Positions 58,819 through 64,000 of a DNA stretch of 64,000 bases are shown here, piece after piece. The position numbers and the translations under genes were made by a program. The DNA lies in NCBI GenBank assembly GCA_049591615.1, contig JBAWFD010000101.1:22882-86881 (forward strand), read 5' to 3'. The notes below the pieces were generated by a model, which ran no database searches, was not told where the DNA came from, and was given only the letters and a program-made list of their open reading frames with translations. Origin of the DNA: Gammaproteobacteria bacterium. GTDB taxonomy: Bacteria; Pseudomonadota; Gammaproteobacteria; Natronospirales; REEB76. The stretch's first letter is position 1; every line of letters starts with the position of its first letter.

Positions 58819-59817
58819 TCAGTTCAACAGCCGGTGCAGCAGCACCCGCTGTACATGGAAACGGTTCTCGGCCTCGTCGATGACGCGGCTGTGGGTGCCG
58901 TCCAGCACTTCATCGGCCACTTCCACATTGCGCCGCACCGGTAGGCAATGCAGGAAGATCGCATCGCTGCTCGCACGGGATAATGTTTTATCGGTGATCA
59001 GCCAGTCTTTGTGGGCGGCGATGCGCGCCGTCGCGCCATCCGCTGCCACCGGTTTGGTCGCCGGACCCCAGGCCTTTGCATAGATGACCTGGCTACCGCT
59101 CACAGCATGCTGTTGATCCGTAGTGACCGTCACCAAACCACCGCTTTGCCGTGCATAGGTCTGCGCCTCAGCCAGCACCGCAGGATGCAGATCGAAACCC
59201 GGTGGATGCGCGACCCGCACTTCGCAGCCAGCAGCCGCAGCCGTGAGTAAAAACGAATGCGGTACGGCTTTCGGCAGCGATTTGATATGCGGCGCCCAAG
59301 TAAGCGTCACCGGCAGTTTCTTCGTTGTCCCGAAACTTTCACGCACTGTCAACAGATCCGCCAACCCCTGGCAGGGATGTTCGCGTGCTGACTCCATGCT
59401 GATGACCGGCACGCCCGCCAGCTCACAGAAAGCGTTCATCACCGGATCAGCTGCGTCCGCATCATCGTCCTGGAGCGCGCCGAACGTGCGCACCGCCAAC
59501 GCGTCCACATAACGGCCCAGTACCGGGATGGCTTCGCGGATATGCTCCGGCCGGTCGCCGTCCATGACCACACCTGTGCGGTCTTCCAGTTTCCAAATGC
59601 CGCTGCCCACCTCCAGCACGATGGCATGGCCGCCGCCGCGCAACATGGCGGCTTCGAATGAAGCACGTGTGCGCAGCGAGGGATTGAAGAACACCATGCC
59701 GAGAATCTTGTGGGCCAGATGCGCACCGGGCGTTTGGTTTTTCCAGGCCAGTGCTTCGGCGAAAACATTTGCGACGCCGGCCACACCCAGATCGGCGATG
59801 CGGGTGAAATGCTTCAT
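58819..59817 (-). CDS. argF': N-acyl-L-ornithine carbamoyltransferase (AOTCase/SOTCase family, Pro at the specificity position)
   Basis: FFNPSLRTR, VVMDGDRPEHIRE, HPCQGLADL, YAKAWG, HCLPVRRN and DEAENRFHVQ closely track my recollection of Xanthomonas AOTCase. Classical OTCase would have HPTQ. Confidence 0.85.
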   Translation of the reverse strand: MKHFTRIADLGVAGVANVFAEALAWKNQTPGAHLAHKILGMVFFNPSLRTRASFEAAMLRGGGHAIVLEVGSGIWKLEDRTGVVMDGDRPEHIREAIPVLGRYVDALAVRTFGALQDDDADAADPVMNAFCELAGVPVISMESAREHPCQGLADLLTVRESFGTTKKLPVTLTWAPHIKSLPKAVPHSFLLTAAAAGCEVRVAHPPGFDLHPAVLAEAQTYARQSGGLVTVTTDQQHAVSGSQVIYAKAWGPATKPVAADGATARIAAHKDWLITDKTLSRASSDAIFLHCLPVRRNVEVADEVLDGTHSRVIDEAENRFHVQRVLLHRLLN

Positions 59818-60971
59818 GCCGCCATGCCTTCAGTCTGAAAAGCTGCAATGCTCGCCAGTAATTTTTCCACGGCTTGATCAGTGACAGTCAGCGGCGGCAT
59901 GAGTCGTAATATCCCTGGGTCGTCGGAACCGCCCACCAGAATTTGGTGTTTCAATAAATGGGTTTTGAGTGCCTTGGCTTGTGTGGCCGCATCCAGCCCC
60001 AGCAACAGACCTTCGCCGCGTACTTTGAGTACGACCCCATTGCTCAGGCCGCTGCGAATAGTTTTCGCCAGATTATTGGCACGCTCCATCAGATTCTCGT
60101 CGACGATCACCTTGAGTGTCGCGATCAGCGCTGCACAAGCCAAGGGACCGCCACCAAAAGTGCTACCGAGATCGCCGGGTTTGAGGGCTGAGGCCACCCC
60201 ATCGTTCATAAGCAGGCCGCCCATGGGCACGCCCGAGGCCATACCTTTCGCGCAGGTAATCATGTCGGGCGTAACGCCATAGAAATTCGCCGCAAACGGC
60301 ATGCCCAATCGGCCTATGCCGGTTTGCACCTCATCAAAAATCAGCAGTGCGCCGGCTTGCGTGCATTTCTGCCGCAGCGCAGAAAACCATTTCGCGTTCG
60401 CAGTTTTCACGCCGGCCATGGACTGGATCGGTTCCACGATCACCGCCGCTACCTGCGAGAAATCAGCGGATTCGAGTGCCGCAGGGTCCGCGAACGGCAG
60501 GAATTGGGTCGGCGCCAATAACGTCTGGTAATCCTTTCTCAAGGCCGACGAATCGGTGACCGACAGCGCCAGTAACGAGCGCCCGTGGAACGCGCCCTGA
60601 AACGCGACCAAGTGGCTGCGTCTGGTGAGCTTGATGGCGACCTTGAGAGCGCTCTCATTGGCTTCGGCGCCGGAGTTGCAGAAGAACACCGCTGCCATGC
60701 CAGCGCCACCGAATTCCACCAACGCTTGCGCAGCCCGGTCACGCACCGGCAACTGTGCGGCCGCCGAATAGAAGATCAGCTTGCGGGCCTGCTCGGTGAT
60801 GGCCGCGGCTACCGCCGGATGGCAATGGCCGGTGCTGGCCACGCAATGGCCACCGTAGAAATCCAGGTAGGCCATACCCTGGTCATCGAAAACCCGCTCG
60901 CCTTGTCCTGAGACCAGCGGAAATGGGTATGGCGCATAGGTGGGGAGTAACGGTGAAACAGCGGTTTTCAC
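59814..60971 (-). CDS. argD: N-acyl-ornithine aminotransferase (class III PLP)
   Basis: YLDFYGGHCVASTGHCHP...LIFDEVQTGIGRLG...TFGG. GTG start at 60971 preceded by GGGGGG. ATGA overlap with argF'. Confidence 0.88.
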   Translation of the reverse strand: MKTAVSPLLPTYAPYPFPLVSGQGERVFDDQGMAYLDFYGGHCVASTGHCHPAVAAAITEQARKLIFYSAAAQLPVRDRAAQALVEFGGAGMAAVFFCNSGAEANESALKVAIKLTRRSHLVAFQGAFHGRSLLALSVTDSSALRKDYQTLLAPTQFLPFADPAALESADFSQVAAVIVEPIQSMAGVKTANAKWFSALRQKCTQAGALLIFDEVQTGIGRLGMPFAANFYGVTPDMITCAKGMASGVPMGGLLMNDGVASALKPGDLGSTFGGGPLACAALIATLKVIVDENLMERANNLAKTIRSGLSNGVVLKVRGEGLLLGLDAATQAKALKTHLLKHQILVGGSDDPGILRLMPPLTVTDQAVEKLLASIAAFQTEGMAA

Positions 60972-61030
60972 CGGGTCCCCCCAAATAAATATGCATGCAT
61001 GGATGAATAAAATGGTGGCAGTTCGTATAT

Positions 61031-61068
61031 AATGCGACTTTATACAAACTAATGCGAAATAATGCAAG
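61031..61068. promoter_or_regulatory. Two tandem ARG-box-like sites in the argD/argR divergent region
   Basis: AATGCGACTTTATACAAA (61031-61048) and AATGCGAAATAATGCAAG (61051-61068) compared with the E. coli consensus wnTGAATwwwwATTCAnw. They are spaced 20 bp start to start. A further ATGCAT/ATGAAT half-site cluster lies at 60990-61008. Confidence 0.4.
61039..61067 (-). promoter_or_regulatory. Candidate sigma70 promoter of the arg operon overlapped by the ARG-box-like sites
   Basis: Minus strand TTGCAT (61067-61062), 17 nt, then TATAAA (61044-61039). This is about 70 nt upstream of the argD GTG. Confidence 0.3.
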
Positions 61069-61137
61069 GGTTCGCGTTTATTTATTCAGTCAGAGGCCCA
61101 GGTCTTTACAGCACACAAATGCCGGGTTCGGGAAAAA

Positions 61138-61554
61138 ATGACACTCGATGAAGCCATCCTACAGTTGGTGGAACAGCGTGAAATCACCGATCAATCGGTT
61201 TTTTTGGGCCTGTTGAAACACATCGGCCATGCGGTCACCCAGCCGACCCTGTCACGACACATGAAGAAATTGGGCGTCCATAAGGTGACCGGCCGTTACC
61301 AGCAGGTCGAACCGTTGCCGGAGAAACTGCCAGTCTTCTCCCTCACCCAGGTGCCGCCCAATCTGGTGATCATCCGTACGCGCCCCGGTTATGCCCAGCC
61401 ATTGGCGGTCAAACTTGATCAGCAGAAGATCGAAGGTGTCGGGGGCACGCTAGCAGGTGATGACACGGTGTTCATCGCCGTGGCTTCGCCGGCCAGGTTC
61501 AGGGCAGTGGCCGATGCCGTAGAGGTGTTGCTATCCGGCGGAGCGGCTGCCTGA
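61138..61554 (+). CDS. argR: Arginine repressor
   Basis: N-terminal wHTH (ITDQSVFLGLLKHIGHAVTQPTLSRHMKKLG) and a C-terminal GTLAGDDTVFI oligomerisation/arginine-binding motif. Divergent from the arg operon. Confidence 0.85.
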   Translation: MTLDEAILQLVEQREITDQSVFLGLLKHIGHAVTQPTLSRHMKKLGVHKVTGRYQQVEPLPEKLPVFSLTQVPPNLVIIRTRPGYAQPLAVKLDQQKIEGVGGTLAGDDTVFIAVASPARFRAVADAVEVLLSGGAAA

Positions 61555-61561
61555 CTCTGGA

Positions 61562-62290
61562 TCACTTGTCCAATTCTGGATAGTGACGGAATAATCCATC
61601 TTCATTGAATGATATGCGCTGCCCGGATGCGAGATACGCCGCGATTCGCGGACGCTTCAACACGCGATCATGCAAGCCGATGACTTTGGGATATTTCACT
61701 TCGATGCGGGATTGGTTGCGGGGGAACGCATAGCGCAATCCTTCAATGATCTGGAACAGCGACAGATCCGGATAAGTAAGTGCAGATCCAACCAGAAACT
61801 GGTCGCCAGATGGATTCTGTTTAAGCACTCTCTCGAAATAACCCAGATACTTGGGCAATCTTTGCTTAAGAAACGAGACCGTGCGTTTACGCGCCTCCAG
61901 CTTCTGGTCCTGGTAGTACTCGGTGGGTCCGAGTGGATGATGGGTATCGTGGATCTCTACAATCCAATCGGTCATCGTGAGTTGCAGCTGATTTGTCCAT
62001 ATACGACCCGCTTCATTTGCCGGCGCAAGCCCATGATGTGTGCCCAAGTACATGAGAATGTTGGCAGTATGCGAGATAAACAAATCGCCGGCTTTCAGTA
62101 CTGGGACTGCGAAGGATGGATGTGCTGCTTTGGTATCGCCGAGTAGGGCCTGCAGTTTGCTGACAGCCTGCTCCTCACCTGCGGGATCTTTAGCAATATC
62201 CAGATAAGGGACGCCAGCCTCCTCGAGAGCCAGCCGGATGAATTCACCACGCCCCTGGATGCCGGGCCAGTAATACAATTCATAAGTCAT
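61562..62290 (-). CDS. Glutathione S-transferase family protein
   Basis: YELYYWPGIQGRGEFIRLALEEAGVPY N-terminal thioredoxin-like GST domain. C-terminal helical domain. Confidence 0.75.
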   Translation of the reverse strand: MTYELYYWPGIQGRGEFIRLALEEAGVPYLDIAKDPAGEEQAVSKLQALLGDTKAAHPSFAVPVLKAGDLFISHTANILMYLGTHHGLAPANEAGRIWTNQLQLTMTDWIVEIHDTHHPLGPTEYYQDQKLEARKRTVSFLKQRLPKYLGYFERVLKQNPSGDQFLVGSALTYPDLSLFQIIEGLRYAFPRNQSRIEVKYPKVIGLHDRVLKRPRIAAYLASGQRISFNEDGLFRHYPELDK

Positions 62291-62293
62291 GAG

Positions 62294-62524
62294 TCACCTC
62301 CGGAGAAATGGCCAGAGCAGTTCACCGGATTGCAGGCGACGACCCTTGACTGCGACATTCACCCAGACTGATCCCCACCAGATCGATGCCAATCCAATCA
62401 ACACCCACAGCCATTGATATCTTGCCATTCCCACGAGCATGCTGATTATCCCGGCTGCGATGAAGATCACTGCCAAGCCAACCGCGAGGCCGCGATCGAA
62501 TCTCGAAAGTTTAGCCTTAGTCAC
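62294..62524 (-). CDS. Hypothetical small membrane protein
   Basis: Two hydrophobic segments in 76 aa. Only 3 nt from the GST start. No motif recognised. Confidence 0.35.
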   Translation of the reverse strand: MTKAKLSRFDRGLAVGLAVIFIAAGIISMLVGMARYQWLWVLIGLASIWWGSVWVNVAVKGRRLQSGELLWPFLRR

Positions 62525-62588
62525 AGATATTGCGGCCTCCCCAATCGCATGGGTTTCAGCTATGGTCTCGGATATTTGACAGATAGAT

Positions 62589-62945
62589 TTAAATAATCAG
62601 AAGCATCAGCACGGCCACGATGGCCGGGAGCGCCTGTACCAGCAGGATCTTGCGACTCACACTCAATCCACCATATAGCCCCGCCGCTACCACGCACAAC
62701 AGGAAAAACAGTTTTACATCCTGGCCGGCGGCGCCCAACCACAATCCCCAAATCAAGCCTGCGGCGAGGAATCCATTATATAAGCCCTGATTTGCCGCCA
62801 GAGATTTTGATGCTTTGGCGAATTCGGGCGTCAGCCGAAAAATCTTGAGGCCGTAGGGTTTGTCCCAGAGAAACATCTCAAGCACCAGGAAATAGATATG
62901 CAGAACGGCGACCAGCCCGATCAGGATGTCGGTAGCATGAGTCAT
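62589..62945 (-). CDS. DUF1304-family membrane protein
   Basis: ILIGLVAVLHIYFLVLEMFLW...ANQGLYNGFLAAGLIWGL is typical of DUF1304. Confidence 0.7.
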   Translation of the reverse strand: MTHATDILIGLVAVLHIYFLVLEMFLWDKPYGLKIFRLTPEFAKASKSLAANQGLYNGFLAAGLIWGLWLGAAGQDVKLFFLLCVVAAGLYGGLSVSRKILLVQALPAIVAVLMLLII

Positions 62946-63022
62946 GGTTTTGCTCCTCGATTGCGACCCTAGCTTACCTTTTTCTGACGCCTGCTGTTGA
63001 CGGCTCTCGACAGAAGGGAGCT

Positions 63023-64000
63023 TCAGGCGTTTGCAGCTTTGGCTTTCCTGGGTTTCGCCTTGCTGAACTCGAAGCCGATATCCCGGGCATCCACCTTGAT
63101 GGTATCGCCGGGTCCGAACTCTCCAGCGAGTATCTTCTGGGCCAGTGGATTCTCCAGTTGCTGCTGGATGGCGCGCTTCAGTGGACGTGCGCCATAGACC
63201 GGGTCGTAGCCAGCGCGTCCTAACTTATCGAGCGCCGACTCACTGATTTCGAGACCGATATCGCGATCGGCCAGCCGTTTCTGCAGCTGCTCCACCTGGA
63301 TGCGGGCGATGGCGCGGATCTGGTCCTTGCCGAGCGGATGGAATACCACAGTCTCGTCCACCCGGTTGATGAACTCGGGACGGAAGTGCTGGGCCACGAT
63401 CTCCATCACTGCATCTTTCATCTTCTGGTAATTCTCCTCGCCAGCCATCTCCATGATGACCTGCGAGCCCAGATTGGAGGTCATCACCACCACCGTGTTC
63501 TTGAAGTTCACGCTGCGTCCCTGGCCGTCCGTGAGACGGCCATCGTCCAGCACCTGCAACAACACGTTGAATACATCCGGGTGGGCCTTTTCGATCTCAT
63601 CCAGCAGGATTACGGAATAGGGCTTGCGGCGCACCGCTTCCGTAAGATAACCGCCCTCCTCGTAACCCACGTAGCCAGGCGGTGCACCGATGAGTCGCGC
63701 TACGGAATGCTTCTCCATAAATTCCGACATGTCGATGCGCACCATGGCGTCTTCGGTATCGAACAGGAACCAGGCGAGTGCCTTGGTGAGTTCGGTCTTG
63801 CCGACGCCGGTGGGCCCTAGGAACAGGAATGAACCGGACGGCCGGTTGGGGTCAGAGAGTCCCGCGCGCGAACGGCGGATGGCATTGGAGACGGCGCGCA
63901 CCGCTTCATCCTGGCCGACCACGCGGGTCATGAGCGCATCTTCCATGCGCAGCAGTTTTTCCTTCTCGCCCTCCAGCATCTTGGAGACCGGGATGCCGGT
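63023..64000 (-). CDS. clpB: ATP-dependent chaperone ClpB, C-terminal part (second AAA+ domain), truncated by the window edge
   Basis: [22 protein letters not shown]...[19 protein letters not shown]...[15 protein letters not shown]...[10 protein letters not shown]. The frame is open to base 64000. Confidence 0.93.
   Translation of the reverse strand, partial: TGIPVSKMLEGEKEKLLRMEDALMTRVVGQDEAVRAVSNAIRRSRAGLSDPNRPSGSFLFLGPTGVGKTELTKALAWFLFDTEDAMVRIDMSEFMEKHSVARLIGAPPGYVGYEEGGYLTEAVRRKPYSVILLDEIEKAHPDVFNVLLQVLDDGRLTDGQGRSVNFKNTVVVMTSNLGSQVIMEMAGEENYQKMKDAVMEIVAQHFRPEFINRVDETVVFHPLGKDQIRAIARIQVEQLQKRLADRDIGLEISESALDKLGRAGYDPVYGARPLKRAIQQQLENPLAQKILAGEFGPGDTIKVDARDIGFEFSKAKPRKAKAANA

Noticed and set aside
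1-64000. Mobile-element hallmarks, tRNA/rRNA genes and CRISPR arrays, especially at the borders of the low-GC islets.
   Set aside because: No ORF translation resembles an integrase, transposase or recombinase. I found no cloverleaf-like or rRNA-like stretch and no regularly spaced direct repeats. The only repeated family is the REP-like hairpin.

Overview
This is a chromosomal, gene-dense window of about 60-65% GC in core genes, with roughly 63 protein-coding genes. I recognised no rRNA, tRNA, CRISPR array, transposase or integrase. Gene order looks gammaproteobacterial: ybeD-lipB-lipA, amgK-murU divergent from lptD-surA-pdxA-rsmA-(usp)-apaG-apaH, lgt-thyA-folA, gcvTHP, nadA, nudB/aspS and clpB.

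Four things stand out.
1. A tightly overlapping arginine operon on the minus strand (argD, argF', argB, argH, argG, an unknown gene, argC) with a divergent argR. Its carbamoyltransferase belongs to the acyl-ornithine (HPCQ) family and has Pro at the published acetyl/succinyl specificity position. No argA, argJ or argE is visible. An unassigned P-loop protein is translationally coupled to argG. This is my best candidate for an undescribed function.
2. A nine-gene kynurenine / 3-hydroxyanthranilate / 2-aminomuconate operon fused 2 nt behind apaH. It starts with an atypical SDR and ends with a low-GC sulfotransferase-like ORF. It lacks TDO and the 4-oxalocrotonate lower pathway.
3. Three low-GC islets, about 45-48% GC by hand counts of sample lines. 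One is a lipoprotein pair after lipA, including a protein with four ~105-aa tandem repeats. One is a GH18 gene plus an orphan TIR-like gene inserted between nudB and aspS. One is a small membrane-protein gene next to nadA.
4. An ECF sigma / anti-sigma / DUF4097 operon convergent with a 932-aa Nma111/Deg7-like double-HtrA protease.

A family of REP-like hairpin repeats (at least 7 copies) populates intergenic regions, and one copy encodes the C-terminus of the unknown arg-operon gene. All calls come from by-eye motif recognition on the supplied ORF translations. No database search or computation was run.
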